Assembly: GCA_008690995.1 (NCBI GenBank)
Contig: VRMN01000010.1
Span: 62,001 to 126,000 of the forward strand
Direction of reading: 5' to 3'
Origin: Porphyridium purpureum
Taxonomy: Eukaryota
Length of the DNA stretch: 64,000 nucleotides
Each line of letters begins with the position of its first letter. Position 1 is the first letter of the stretch. Below the pieces are notes generated by a model, which did no database searches, had not been told where the DNA came from, and was given only the letters and a program-made list of their open reading frames with translations. This document shows, one piece after another, positions 21,253 to 32,990 of this stretch. The translations under genes and the position numbers were made by a program.

Positions 21253-22281
21253 ATGTTGATTCAAAAGGTGTTGCCGGTGTCGCGCGGGCCGTTCCAGACG
21301 CAGAGTCCGTTTCTGTTCGCGGTGTATCATCTGGATAATTACCCGCCGAGCCGCGCGCAGGATGGCATGGGCGTCCAGCCGGCGCTGCTGCACGGGCGTA
21401 ATCTCGGAATGGACTTTGGCAACTCCGACTGGAATATGTATCACGGAAGGTTGGTGCCGGGTTTTCCTCAGCATCCGCATTGTGGATTCAGCACAATTAC
21501 GCTCGTCCGCCGCGGGACCGTAGACCATCATGACTCGCTCGGCTCGTACGGGCGCTTTGCCGACGGTGATACCCAGTGGATGGACGCAGGCCGCGGCGTG
21601 TCCCATTCGGAAATGCTCCCGCTGCTCCACGCTGAGGAAGGGAAGAACACGCTCGACCTTTTCCAAATATGGCTCAACCTTCCGCGCGCATCAAAGGGCT
21701 GCGCCCCAAATTACACCATGCAGTGGCGCGAGCAGGCAGTCAAGGCACGCATAAAGGACTCGCATGGGCGCATCGTGCAGGTCGAGACGGTAGCCGGGCA
21801 GCTCGAAGGCTGGCCGGCGCCCCAGAAGCCGCCGCAAGACAATTATGCGCGTGACCCGGAAAACTGCGTGGCAATCTGGGTCATTTCAATGGACGCCGGT
21901 GCGCGCTGGGAAATCCCGGCGGCGCCCACCGGAGTAAACCGCAGCGTTATCTTCTTCAAGGGCGACGAGATCAACGTCGGCGAGTATGCAGTGAAGCGCC
22001 ACGCCAATATGCATGTCGACGCAAGCCTGCCGTGCCCGCTGCACAACACTGGCACCACGCCAGCTGAGCTGCTCATGCTACAGGGCAGGCCTATCGACGA
22101 ACCTGTTGTGCAGCAGGGCCCCTTTGTCACGAGCTCGAGGCCTGAGATGCAGCAAGCTATCCAAGCTTACCATCGCGGCCACTTTGGCAAGTGGCCATTC
22201 GAGCAGGACGATCCCGTGCTGCCGCGCGAAAGTCCGCGATTTGCTCATTATGGCGACGGTCGCGAGGAGCGACCAGAGTGA
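21253..22281 (+). CDS. Pirin-family cupin protein
   Basis: PFLFAVYHLD, GFPQHPHCGFSTIT, DHHDSLG, QWMDAGRGVSHSEM, FQIWLNLP, PIDEPVVQQGPFV. Confidence 0.93.
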   Translation: MLIQKVLPVSRGPFQTQSPFLFAVYHLDNYPPSRAQDGMGVQPALLHGRNLGMDFGNSDWNMYHGRLVPGFPQHPHCGFSTITLVRRGTVDHHDSLGSYGRFADGDTQWMDAGRGVSHSEMLPLLHAEEGKNTLDLFQIWLNLPRASKGCAPNYTMQWREQAVKARIKDSHGRIVQVETVAGQLEGWPAPQKPPQDNYARDPENCVAIWVISMDAGARWEIPAAPTGVNRSVIFFKGDEINVGEYAVKRHANMHVDASLPCPLHNTGTTPAELLMLQGRPIDEPVVQQGPFVTSSRPEMQQAIQAYHRGHFGKWPFEQDDPVLPRESPRFAHYGDGREERPE

Positions 22282-22324
22282 GCCGTTCCTGTTATTTTTA
22301 TATCTCCTTCTGTCTGGTTTCTGT

Positions 22325-23200
22325 CTAGTTGGTTTCAGACGCCCGCTCCGCGTCGCGCTCACGCACGAGAATGAACATGGAGCCCTTGTTGCCACGCGAG
22401 ATGCGCAGGTCGGCGTCTACAAATGTTACGTCTAGCCACCCACATGCCTTTTTCCCAAGTAGCTTAAAAGGCACCGGATATGGAACTCGAAGTGGCTCCT
22501 CACGCCGCAGGAGAGACATGACCAAGCCCGAGGTAAATTCGAAATACGCGAGGTCGAAGCGGATGTGCAACCGATTCAGCTCTGAATCTATTCGCTCGAT
22601 CAGCGCCTGCACGTACAGCTTGCCGCCCGCGCGCTGCTTGAAATCAGCCACATTATTGAAGCGTCCAGTGCCGGACTCCAAGTCAATCGAAAGATCCTGA
22701 AAGACATTGGAGACAAACTCGCTCTGTCCAACAACAAAGCGCTGAATGGGCGACGCGGTGCCCGGCCGAGTAGTGTAGAGCAACTTCCACGTGCCTGGCA
22801 GCTGCGCACTGGTCACGCGCTTTGTCTGGTGTTTCTGAGCGCACGCCTCGAGTAACTGCACCAATTCAAGTACCTGGTCGCGCACTTGCGTGGGCGTCAG
22901 ACGCCCGCGCGCATTCTGCGCGGGCTGAACCAACTCCAACAGTTGCTCTTTCAGCTCTTGAGCCTCCTTGTCATACCGCTGTGCAGTTTCCGCTCCGCCG
23001 AATCCATGCTGCGCTCGTACCACAACCCCACAACTCTCACGTGCGGCTTGACGTGCAGAGCGACGACACCATGAACGTCGCGCCAAAGCCGCTGCGGCGC
23101 GCACGCTTGTGCGGCGAGCGTGCTCATGCGAGACCACTGCCGGGCTTTGACGTGGCGACTTCGCCAGCCACAGTGCGTCGGCGCGAGCCACAAACGCCAT
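22325..23200 (-). CDS. Plastid lipid-associated protein (PAP/fibrillin)
   Basis: MAFV transit peptide; LPGTWKLLYTT, SPIQR, PYPVPFKLLG, GWLDVTFVDADLRISRGNKGSMFIL. Confidence 0.9.
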   Translation of the reverse strand: MAFVARADALWLAKSPRQSPAVVSHEHARRTSVRAAAALARRSWCRRSARQAARESCGVVVRAQHGFGGAETAQRYDKEAQELKEQLLELVQPAQNARGRLTPTQVRDQVLELVQLLEACAQKHQTKRVTSAQLPGTWKLLYTTRPGTASPIQRFVVGQSEFVSNVFQDLSIDLESGTGRFNNVADFKQRAGGKLYVQALIERIDSELNRLHIRFDLAYFEFTSGLVMSLLRREEPLRVPYPVPFKLLGKKACGWLDVTFVDADLRISRGNKGSMFILVRERDAERASETN

Positions 23201-23398
23201 GCCTTACGACCAGAGATTCCGTCCGGGCTCTGCCCACTTTACGCTGGCGCGCGCGAGACGACGAACAAGCAGGGCTTATGATTGAGGCATTGGCGGCGGC
23301 GGCGGTTGTTGTTGCGGTGGTGGTGGTGGTACTCTGTGCGCGGGTGCGGGTTGCGAGCCGCGGCGCATAAATCTGCGAGGCAACGGGTAAGAATCGGG

Positions 23399-24496
23399 AT
23401 GTTTCCGTCGCTTGGCAAGAACGTGGTGGCGCACGTGCAGACCTCCCAGTGTGATGAGCGTCGTGAGCGACCGGCCGGCTGGAGCGCGGAATCTGCGCGC
23501 GCGTTCGTGCGACAGCGTGTCGGTGGGCGCGGGCGAACGCGCGCTTGGTATTCCCGCGGAGAGGTGGTGAATCTCGGCACGGGCGCGGTCGTGGCAGAAC
23601 TGGAAGGGCTCGAGTTTGTGTCGCTGAGGTACGATGCTGAGCAGCCGGCGTGGAGTCGTACGCAAAGGGCTGGAAGACAGCAGCAGCAGCAGCTACAGAA
23701 AGACGCAGACAAGAAGCAGCCTGCCGATCCTCGTATGCTTCAGGATGATGATGCACAGGAAGAGCAGTACATGGGCACACTGCTCTCCCGCAAGGTCCTG
23801 CTGTTCAAAGATCGCGAGACAGGAGCGTACATGCATGAGTTTCGCATGTCGCCAAACTCACGCGCACACAGCGTACAGCCGATGCTGGTGCCTTACCAAA
23901 GAACAGACGTATTACTAGTACCCGCCGGCAATTCTGCACGCAATTTACTCAAGCTCCGGGTCGAACTGAATGCCGAGAAGGCGGTGCGCACGCTCTGTCA
24001 CCTCGTACCATTCGGCGCTTTCACATTCGATCGGCAGCACTTGAGCCTCAGTCGATTCTCCAGTGGCGACTTGGCGCCCGTGGATGGGAGTGCCCCTGGC
24101 GCGAAACTCAAAAAATCGGCCGGCTCGCTCCGCAAGAGCTTCTGGGAACGGTACGAATGGTTTATGCCCACGCCAACGCTGTGGGGTTTGGATTTGGGCT
24201 CCGCTGCTGGCTCGAGCTCGTGGACGCGCATCGGCACGTGCCCGAGCTGGTACGGGCCAGGTAAGTGCGTGTATTCACTCCAGTCGCGCTCCCTTGGATC
24301 ATCGCTAGCCGGCGTGCCCGGTGCTTTTCGCGACTACCTCGTTGACCATCTGCCCATGTACAGCCGCGCGCTAAGCGACCCGGCGGAAATCGTCGAGTTT
24401 CAGCGCGGCCTGCCGCGCGCCGCGGTGCAAGACGTGCCTCTGAAGCGGTTGGACCACCTCAAACCTGCAAAGCGCACCTTCTTCAAATTCGGCTGA
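23399..24496 (+). CDS. Hypothetical protein, possibly DUF1838-like beta-barrel
   Basis: Long ORF with WYSRGEV..LEGLE, LSRKVLLFKDRETG, ERYEW, SWTRIGTCPSW; family call tentative; start uncertain. Confidence 0.6.
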   Translation: MFPSLGKNVVAHVQTSQCDERRERPAGWSAESARAFVRQRVGGRGRTRAWYSRGEVVNLGTGAVVAELEGLEFVSLRYDAEQPAWSRTQRAGRQQQQQLQKDADKKQPADPRMLQDDDAQEEQYMGTLLSRKVLLFKDRETGAYMHEFRMSPNSRAHSVQPMLVPYQRTDVLLVPAGNSARNLLKLRVELNAEKAVRTLCHLVPFGAFTFDRQHLSLSRFSSGDLAPVDGSAPGAKLKKSAGSLRKSFWERYEWFMPTPTLWGLDLGSAAGSSSWTRIGTCPSWYGPGKCVYSLQSRSLGSSLAGVPGAFRDYLVDHLPMYSRALSDPAEIVEFQRGLPRAAVQDVPLKRLDHLKPAKRTFFKFG

Positions 24497-24554
24497 TCAT
24501 CGCCAGAACCATCGCCTTTGGTCAATCAACGTCGTGCTGTCTTGGCTAGCCTGT

Positions 24555-26036
24555 TTACGAGGCACCTTGGCTGTTGCGACGCTGCAAAAAGGTCAGAGCG
24601 CGGTCGATCACGCGCGATTGCAGCTTTTGCGCCGCGATCACCACCGCGTTCTCCATGCTACTCCATACGGTGCCCCGGTGCGCAACTGTGGTTAGCATGA
24701 GTCCGTCCTGGCTGGGCATGAGACGCGCGTCGGAATGTAATACACCGTTGAATCGCCCTGTCCTAGACACACACGTGCGCTGCGAGTCGGAACATAGCTG
24801 CGCGTACGTGCGCAGCGCTCCGTTGCGTGTATCTTGCAAGACGTGATCAGGCGTCCCGCAGGGTATTTGATCTAGGCCCAAAATGCACAGCAGCTCACCC
24901 ACGCCGTCGCTGGGGTGCAGCTTGGCGAAGCCACGTGCCTCGATCCAGTCCGCATCAATACACACTGGCGTTGGTGTGGGTGCAGGTGTCGACGACGCGC
25001 TAAGACTAGGACTTGGACTCGGTGTCGAGGTCTGAGTGGGTGTCGGACTCGGACTCGGGCTAGGGCTCGCGCCGGGACCTGGACTCGGTGTCGCACTCGG
25101 AGTCGCACTCGGAGTCGCACTCGGGCTCGTGCTCGGGCTCGGCTCGGCTACGATACTGTCAATCCAATCAATAAAGGAACTGACACGGCCATAGATAGCC
25201 GGAAGCGGATTCGGCATAAAGTTTTTCTGCCCGCAGCCGCCGTAACTGACGCTCGGAAAGCCAACGATCGTTTCGCCTGCAAATATGGGACTTCCCGAGT
25301 CGCCATTGCACGCGCTGGGAACCTGAAAGCAGCCCTGCACCGTTGCATCATAGAAAAAGCCTGACCCGAACGAATCATTGCATACCTGGTTGCTCAGCGC
25401 GGGCACTCCGGTCCGGACTTGCAAGTTTTCGGCGTACGGTGACTCCACGATTTGATTCTGTGAGTCAAGCGAGTTGTTTGTGCGTCCAAAGCCGATAACA
25501 GTCAGGTCAGCGCCGTCTCGTGGCACGCTCGGATTGCGATTCAGATTCGTGTACGGGGGAACCGACGCTGGCGATGCGAGACGCACCAGGCACACGTCGT
25601 ACTCATACGTATTTGGATCGTACTGCGGGTGCCGTAAAAAACGAGACGCAGCAATCTGCTCAATACCCAATGTATCACGATCTCTTCTCCCCCGGCACGC
25701 ACCAATGTATGCCGTGATGCCCAAAAATGCCATTGCCGGAGAGTCGCAGCAATGCGCGGCCGTCATCACATAATTGGCGCTGACGAGCGTGCCACCGCAC
25801 AAAATCCCGTCGAGGACAGCAAAACGGCTCTGCAGCAACACAAACTGGTCAAACTCGCCGCACTGAGCGTCCACTCCGCCCACAACTCTCGACATCTCAG
25901 AACCAGCCGGTCGACCAGTCTCCCGCAGGTCATACGCGGCCGCGACGAGCAAGTTCAGCGCCACCACTGCAGCTAAAACTGGCGATGCCAATGCAAACCA
26001 AGGCAACGCACCACCTGCATCCCGAATGCCACGCAT
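24555..26036 (-). CDS. Secreted S1 (trypsin-fold) serine protease with Pro/Ser/Thr linker and Cys-containing C-terminal domain
   Basis: Signal peptide, RVVGG activation site, CGGTLV, TAAHC, YDVCL, GDSGSP; PSATPSATPS linker. Confidence 0.92.
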   Translation of the reverse strand: MRGIRDAGGALPWFALASPVLAAVVALNLLVAAAYDLRETGRPAGSEMSRVVGGVDAQCGEFDQFVLLQSRFAVLDGILCGGTLVSANYVMTAAHCCDSPAMAFLGITAYIGACRGRRDRDTLGIEQIAASRFLRHPQYDPNTYEYDVCLVRLASPASVPPYTNLNRNPSVPRDGADLTVIGFGRTNNSLDSQNQIVESPYAENLQVRTGVPALSNQVCNDSFGSGFFYDATVQGCFQVPSACNGDSGSPIFAGETIVGFPSVSYGGCGQKNFMPNPLPAIYGRVSSFIDWIDSIVAEPSPSTSPSATPSATPSATPSPGPGASPSPSPSPTPTQTSTPSPSPSLSASSTPAPTPTPVCIDADWIEARGFAKLHPSDGVGELLCILGLDQIPCGTPDHVLQDTRNGALRTYAQLCSDSQRTCVSRTGRFNGVLHSDARLMPSQDGLMLTTVAHRGTVWSSMENAVVIAAQKLQSRVIDRALTFLQRRNSQGAS

Positions 26037-29000
26037 CGTACCACCACAACGCGGCACAAAAGCCGCGCGAGTCGCTTCTTTGCTCTTTCGGAAAACCCGA
26101 CAGGTGGCAAAGTTGCGACCTGTCGAGGCAAGATGGAGAGGTGGAAGCACCTCGACGGCGAAGTCTTGTCAGGCAGGCGCGCGGTGCGGCTGTGCAATGT
26201 GCCTACAGTGTATGCGACACTATCAATAGACGAGGCATGTTGCGCGCGATATCGGACCGCGGCGTGCTTGAACGTAAGCCGCGTCGAAGCCAACATGTGA
26301 CTGTTCAGTTCTGCAAGTGCGCGCAAGTCTTGCGCGGGGCCGACTATGATGGGCAGCGCAATCGCTTGCGGACATCCCTGAGGCTGCTTATGCCATTGAG
26401 CGAGACAGTTGGGCCAGAGATTCGCGAATTGCAAGCTGCGTGGGAAATAATGCGGGATGGCTTGATCCTTTGTTCAAGTCGTGAGATCCTTTCGCCGGCC
26501 GAGTGCTGGTTTGGATGAGCGTGCATTTGCTCGTGTGAGCGTGAATGCAGAAAGACAACCAGTCCGGCTGAATTATGGTGCTGCTTCATGATGGGCCCGC
26601 TTTGCGGGGCCTGGACTCTTGTCTAAAGGCACGGAAAACGGCTGAATGGAAGCGGTGGAGTGGCTTCAAGAGTGGTAGACCCTTCCCTTCTCTGTGCCTC
26701 TTGGTAAAGCATTCCTATGAGCCGGGTGGTAAAGAGTAACACACTCAAAAGCAAGTCAGTGAGTGAGAAATCAACCAGTTTGGGCAAGATGCTTTCATCA
26801 ACGTTCAACGATCAGAATCGTCAGAGCAAGCATATGCAGATACCTGCAAGTTCTGTGCAGAAAGCGTGAGTGCGCCAATGAGAATCGGGCGCAGCTGAAA
26901 GCCGCCGTGTGCGGTCGAGCTGCTGGCCCTTGGACAGTGACGAGCGAACGAGCATGCAGCCAGTCGCCCAATGATGTGAAGGAACGCTTTTCTCGACACG
27001 TGGACAGACGGCGCAACCGTGCAGTCGAGCTCTAGACTCCACCGACTGGTGTCCGCGTCTTCCTGGGAAGCGCGGCGCGGTCCACCTCCACGTGATGAAC
27101 AGGACTTCCCTGTAGATTTCCTCGGTGCGTGGCTCTGAAAGATGCCGCGCAAGACCGAGCTCAATGTGCTGATTATTACAATGGCTTGTTTCTATTGAGT
27201 GAGCTCGTCTAGTGTCGCTGATACAAGTCTGGACTTTTGTCTCTTTATTCATGTTCGACGCAATCAGAGCGACGATATAATCACGGCCTGTCTTCACCGA
27301 CCATGACAACGATCAAGTTAGTACAGTTAGAAGCACACGGCATGTGTAGCTTACGGAACGTATCAGCTTATGCGTCCTCGCTAGCTTGCGCCGACCCGTG
27401 CATTATCGTGATATGCCTGAACGGCCTCGCTCGTCGAGACAATGGTGCGGAGCGAGGCGTGCGCTTCGGGTCCCGCCCCGGTCGCTCATCGGCGCAAAAA
27501 CGGAACGAGCCCGAGCTGCGCATTTCGACCGACGAGCCCAAGCGCCCGCCTAGACCAAGATCTTTCCTTAGGTTGCGCATGCGAGGACTTCTAGGTTTGA
27601 CATCGCCTCGAACTGGACCGTCTTGCAGCAAAGGCTGCTGCTCTTCCTGTTCCGTCAGTTGCAAGAGCTCCGGACGATGCTTCTCATCCTCCAGCACCAC
27701 GACCTCCTCCTTTGCATCCATTATGTCTTGTCTGTGCAATAAAGTTCGACGGCTGCTATCAGTCCACACTTTGCTTCACCTTGTACTCGTTCGTACTGAT
27801 CTGAGTTTCGCACCTTCATCTTCGGAACGAGCAAGTTTGACATATTTTATACCCGCGGGCGTGTTCCCAGTCTGTGCCCACGATAGACTTTGGCAAGCAG
27901 CCGGGCTTGCGTGGCAGTCTAATCCGGCAACGTTCACCTGCAGGCAGATGGGAGAACCAGGACTCTCGAAAAGCCTTTATTGGGGCGGGCACCTATTCAC
28001 CTTGATGCTCATGGCAACCTTTACCGTCGTTCAATCGGTTCGCCATTCTTCCGGACGTTAAAATGGCAGGGATCGATCCCTACATTCACGCCAGGAACGA
28101 AGACACGTGATGAAGTCTGACGGGGCCGGTCTCATTGGGCACATTTCCTTTTGTGGGCTTTTGTGTGTCCATGATCCGCCACGGGCGTCTCCGGTGGCTT
28201 TCTGTGCCCCCTTTCACCTGACAACGGCAAGTAACCTCATAGGTGGTGGTAAAAGTGCTGGTTGTGCTGCTGACTGGATACCACTTCGCCCATGCGTGAC
28301 TGCGCTGCTCCGAAATCAAACGGTTCACGCGTGCGCGGTTGCTCTCTCACAATCAGGGTTAGGGTTCCGGTTTCTTCATAGCAAAACAGCGCTTTTTTAT
28401 AAGAGTGACGTGTCGCGCTTCCGGTTCGGCGCGCGCTGATTGTGCTCCGGTGTGGCGTGGTGGGCAGTGGTGCACGGTAGGATGGAGCAGAGCAGGCATG
28501 GTCGGTGCAGACATGGGGCGTTCAGCACGATCCAGTGGCCACTGGCAGACGCCGACAAGTACCGATCCGCCGGCATCGCGCGAGGAGGAAACCGATGGCC
28601 ACATCAGATACAGGTCTTCGGTCAGCCTTGCTTCGAAGGATTGAAGCAGCTCCTGGAGCGCTGCGAATGCGGCGTTTTGCGTCAGTACTGCTAAGTATCC
28701 AAACATGTCGCCCTAAATCATATGATACGACGCAGAAATCTGACGCAGCCTGACTGACTGTAAACAGACGCCGGAATATCGCTTCTGTGCGGAACGGGAT
28801 GGGTTGGCCAACAAATGAATGCAAAGTGAAGCTGTGTTCCAGCCGCATGCTTGCCGGGGACTATCGAGACGAGAGAATTCCGGAGGTACACAGTTACACA
28901 CTGGTTGCACAGAGGGTGCACTTCTGTCACAATTGAATTTGTCAACTTGTTCTACTCCTCGCCACCATCGTTATCGTCTTTGCCGGAAAGAAGGATCAAC

Positions 29001-29135
29001 GCGGCAACCTCCTTGGGCGTCAGCGTCCAGGATGTCGCGGCGCTTGAGCGGAGCAGAGAGATCAAGGAAAACTGCAAAAGGTTCAGCAGCCCGAGTGAGC
29101 GCTCTCCCTCTCACTCCGCCACGCCATGTGAGCCA

Positions 29136-29645
29136 ATGCCAACGCAGACGCAGCGTTCCGCGCTCATGTCGCCTAGACGCGCTAACGTTGATTCACCGAG
29201 TCGTCGCGGCACGTTTGAGCATTTGACGCAGGGCGTCACTGCGCATCATCAGCTCAGGTCGCCCAGACAATCATCGCGCTTGCTGGTGAGCGCTGCCGAG
29301 TCGGTGCTGAACCGAGCACATGAGTGTTCCAAAAGCAATGCACCGGCTTTTCCGAGTCCAAGACCAAGCAAGACGCCGGCATCCGGCGCCAACCAGCGCT
29401 GCCGCCGCTGGCGATCGCGCGCAGTGCGTCCGAAGGGCTCCAGCAGCGCAGCGCCTAGTGACGACGAAGCCCAGGGAAGTTATGAGCATGAGGATCACAA
29501 GCAGCTCAGGCGTCCTGTCCTGTTGAGCCCACGTGGCGCACAAATCTTGGAGGATGACCTCTACTCACCGAACGCACACCTCTGCATGAGCCAGACGTGG
29601 AAACTATTCCGATTTCATAAAGCTTATTACGCCCGCCGACTGTGA
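29136..29645 (+). CDS. Possible hypothetical Ser/Pro/Arg-rich (SPR-repeat) protein
   Basis: Frame open 28851-29645 (TTG start; first ATG 29136); many SP motifs, no recognisable domain. Confidence 0.3.
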   Translation: MPTQTQRSALMSPRRANVDSPSRRGTFEHLTQGVTAHHQLRSPRQSSRLLVSAAESVLNRAHECSKSNAPAFPSPRPSKTPASGANQRCRRWRSRAVRPKGSSSAAPSDDEAQGSYEHEDHKQLRRPVLLSPRGAQILEDDLYSPNAHLCMSQTWKLFRFHKAYYARRL

Positions 29646-31301
29646 AAGGAAACAACCCCGGACAAAAGGGAAGCAAGACATTCACCATTCTTCCTGAGGG
29701 CATCAACTACTGCGTAAGGTACCCGGCAATACAGAAACGCAGCGGCACACGGCAGTTGCCAATCCTGCACACATGGGCCGACCACCCGTGTCGCTACCCA
29801 CCCCTCACTACTCTGGCGCAGGCTAACCCCGCGGATGGCATGCTCATCACGCATACCCACGACCGTCTTGATACTCACGTGCCACATTATTATTACGGCA
29901 ATCAGCAAGGACGCCGGGTCTTTGTCTCCGTGAGCTACAGAGTGAGCGCAAGGTGACCTGTAAACTCGCAACCGCGGATTTCAGTCCAGCGTCCATGCTA
30001 AAACAGGCACGTTTTGACGTGGGCATTTGTGCGCGGTCCCGTGCCCGCTGACCACGCGCGTGCTGCGTGTGCGCGTCCGTGTGGAAGAGACCGTCGCGCA
30101 TCTGCAGCAACACAGGGTCAGCGGTCGTCGCCGCAGATGGGCTGAATCAGCTGAACGTGGATTGAGAAACAGGTCTTGCGGTTAGGGTCCGTAATCAACC
30201 GGGGATGTCCGCATAGACTGTTTCATGTTTTCTCTCTCTATATATCTCTCTCTCTCTCTTTGGACACAGCTGACTGGCGGGCTGACAAGACAGGTTGGCT
30301 CGCTCCCCTGATTAGATTTTACACTGATACTCTTTGGCGCCTAGTATCTGAGGGTTGCCGTGGCAGTGTGTCTTTTCTTCGTTTATAGTTTGGGATTTGG
30401 GAGCTGCTTTTTCGCATGGCTCACATTTCAAACCGCGTTGACTTTGTCTTGCATGGGGCATAAGAGCGCGGCGTACGTAGACCGTCGTGAACGTCAGGTG
30501 GGAATCGACTGAGGCAATTTATACCCTTTGAGAACGTGTGAGCCACCAAGGATACAACTTTGCCGCACCGGAGTGACAGAGACAACCACGCCATGGAGTT
30601 TGCCGACTTGTACTACGGCGGCTACCACGGAAAAGAACATGACGCCACGGGGAATAGCGGCAGGATACATGGCGGCGCTGCCGTGTTCGTGAGTGGCAAG
30701 GACGTCGCGGCCCTGCAATGGAATCCCGAGATCATAAAGAGGAAGACCCAAAGCACAAAGGCTGAGAGCGTAAAGCGCGAGCATCAGCATTCCTCGACTC
30801 GAGGGCCAAAAAGGCATACAACAGTAGGCGCGCCGACTAGACCAATGTCGCCGTCTACCGGTGGCGAAAAAAATGCCGCTCGAGCTAGATGCACAATCAA
30901 CGAAGACGCCGCACTACGTTTCGAGCATTCTGAAGAGTTCCTCAAAGTCGATGCATATCCGTGCACAGATGCACGAAGAGGGCCAGGCCCCGAGTACGCA
31001 CGTGCGCAGTGCCAATGTCGAAAGGCCCCGGCACGAGTGCGTGGACCGCGCACTGTCTCCGTCGCACAAGTCGTTGAATAAGGACGAACAGCTGAATCAG
31101 CTGCGCACATCTGCTCCGCAGCGCATGTAGGCACGAAAAAAAGACCCGACTGAGCTGATTTGTTTGGGCATCGTAAGCTTCACCACGCAACTTGTGCCTC
31201 GGCGCAAACTTGCGAGCGTGACGCTCCTCCAAGAGCCAGACTGGACGACCCAGGGTCGAGTGGGCGCCATTGCGATATATAAAACGGATTTGAATCATCA
31301 T

Positions 31302-32060
31302 TCAGCCATGGCTTCTGGGCCTTTTCCTTTTCGTGCTCTGCTCTGAAAGAGCCGTCCCCGACTGCGAGTCATGGGGCCGTTTCACCGGGGCCGTTTGCTC
31401 CGCCGCGGGCGGCAACATACCCGCACGCTCGCGCACAAAGATGGCGCGCTCCACATCACGGAGCGGCCATGTTTTAGCGCCGTCTTTGCTTTCAAGGCAG
31501 GTCTGCAGTACTTTCAATCTTTGCCACACTTCGCGGAGTTCCGTCATGTTGTACTTTGGCTTGTATGGCGCTGTCGTGGAGTGTTTCTTCGCAAACGCAA
31601 ATCGGATCGCCTCATCTGACCCGAAAGCTGCGTGCGCAGGACATGCACGCGTCACCACCAAGCTCGCCGTGAACGGCCCGACTCCTGAAAGCTCACACAC
31701 CGTATCCACTGCGTGAAGCAACGTGACCAATGACGGATTCTCGACGCCAACAAGTGAGCTCAGGGCGCGGCGCGTCACCTCCAGCACCTGCGCCTCGGTA
31801 TTCCGCTCCACGAGGTGCTTATTCGGTCGAAACTTTCCCCGCGCGTGCTTGTACTCGACCAGATCCAGTAGCTGCGCCTTGCTCACCTCAAATCGCGGTA
31901 CTTGTGACTCGTCAAACTCGAACAGCGCGTGCTCCAGCGCGACAAGACGCGCAGCGCGCGTTCCGCCCGCTTTCGCGTGTGCGGCCAGAACATCTTTGTA
32001 CGCATCGCGGTCGCGCCGCCATTCCGCGACGCCACTGCCCTCCACAGTAGCCAGAGACAT
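31302..32060 (-). CDS. Conserved uncharacterised protein with helix-hairpin-helix-like motif
   Basis: LLDLVEYKHARGKFRP and CELSGVGPFTAS..FGSDEA..KY match a widespread eukaryotic HhH-like family. Confidence 0.8.
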   Translation of the reverse strand: MSLATVEGSGVAEWRRDRDAYKDVLAAHAKAGGTRAARLVALEHALFEFDESQVPRFEVSKAQLLDLVEYKHARGKFRPNKHLVERNTEAQVLEVTRRALSSLVGVENPSLVTLLHAVDTVCELSGVGPFTASLVVTRACPAHAAFGSDEAIRFAFAKKHSTTAPYKPKYNMTELREVWQRLKVLQTCLESKDGAKTWPLRDVERAIFVRERAGMLPPAAEQTAPVKRPHDSQSGTALSEQSTKRKRPRSHG

Positions 32061-32102
32061 GGTATCGCCGTCTTTTATTTCTCGCAGTGGATCTCGCTCG
32101 CA

Positions 32103-32381
32103 TCATGCCGGCTTTTGGTTGACAGCAGCCTCCCACTGCGCGAACTGCTTCTTCTGCACGTGCTGCTTGATAAAGTACGACACCCACGTCGCCGGGCAGT
32201 CGGCCTGGAACTGAGTCCACTCATCGCTGCACGCCTTGTTCTTCTCGTCTGTGTCGCCGGCGACCGTGTCTACGCACGCCAGGTAGGCGTCCCTCGCCGC
32301 GTGGCACTTTCTGCGCTCCGAACTACGCAGCGGCGTGTGCTGCGGCGCTGAAGGTTCCTCCGGGCTCTTCTGCGGCGCCAT
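32103..32381 (-). CDS. COA6: Cytochrome c oxidase assembly factor 6 (COX6B/COA6 family)
   Basis: RRKCHAARDAYLAC (CX9C) ... CSDEWTQFQADCPATWVSYF (CX10C). Confidence 0.85.
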   Translation of the reverse strand: MAPQKSPEEPSAPQHTPLRSSERRKCHAARDAYLACVDTVAGDTDEKNKACSDEWTQFQADCPATWVSYFIKQHVQKKQFAQWEAAVNQKPA

Positions 32382-32990
32382 ATCATGCACAGCGGGGCGC
32401 ACGAGATCAGAGAAAACTGTTGAGCACTCGTTGTCGGCGCCTGGACCTCGAATCACGGTGAGTCCTTTTCGGAAAGGAAGACGCACAGATATCCAACCGG
32501 GACCGCCTTCCTTTCACGGCGAGCGCGGTGCCGCAATGCGCGACGAGAAATCAGACTGACTAGATGAACCAAGACGCGGATCGCCGAGGAACGAATCGAA
32601 CCTGATCCTTTTGATCACAACAAAACAAAGATCGAAACGAGTCGAGAGACCAAAAAGGCGCTTGAACGAAAAAGGAGTCAATGATCATGCATTCTGCATG
32701 AGGAAGCATTCTGGGTGCTTTCCAAGAAAGCTCTGCCTACCATTTTACATGAATACATGCGGGTCACCTACCGACATTCAAAGCAACCGAGTCTCGTTTA
32801 ACGCTCGCGTCACCCAAGGCGATTCTGAAACTGACGTCTAGGGCACACCATTTTCTGGTCGGCCCACGCGGCCCTGTGCGCGGACAGTGCCTAAAAACAG
32901 GCGGCGTGACCGGTTAGCATCACCGCCTAGGTCGCACGACAAATGCTTGGCATATTGGATAGCTATTCTGCCGCGCACCTCAACTACCCA

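Noticed and set aside
20936..21338. ORFs rich in ER/TH or SL/CV repeats
   Set aside because: Translations of the GA/CA microsatellite
28354..28367. AGGGTTAGGGTT telomere-like motif (and AAACCCTAG at 34881)
   Set aside because: Only one or two units; cannot be distinguished from chance or isolated telo-boxes
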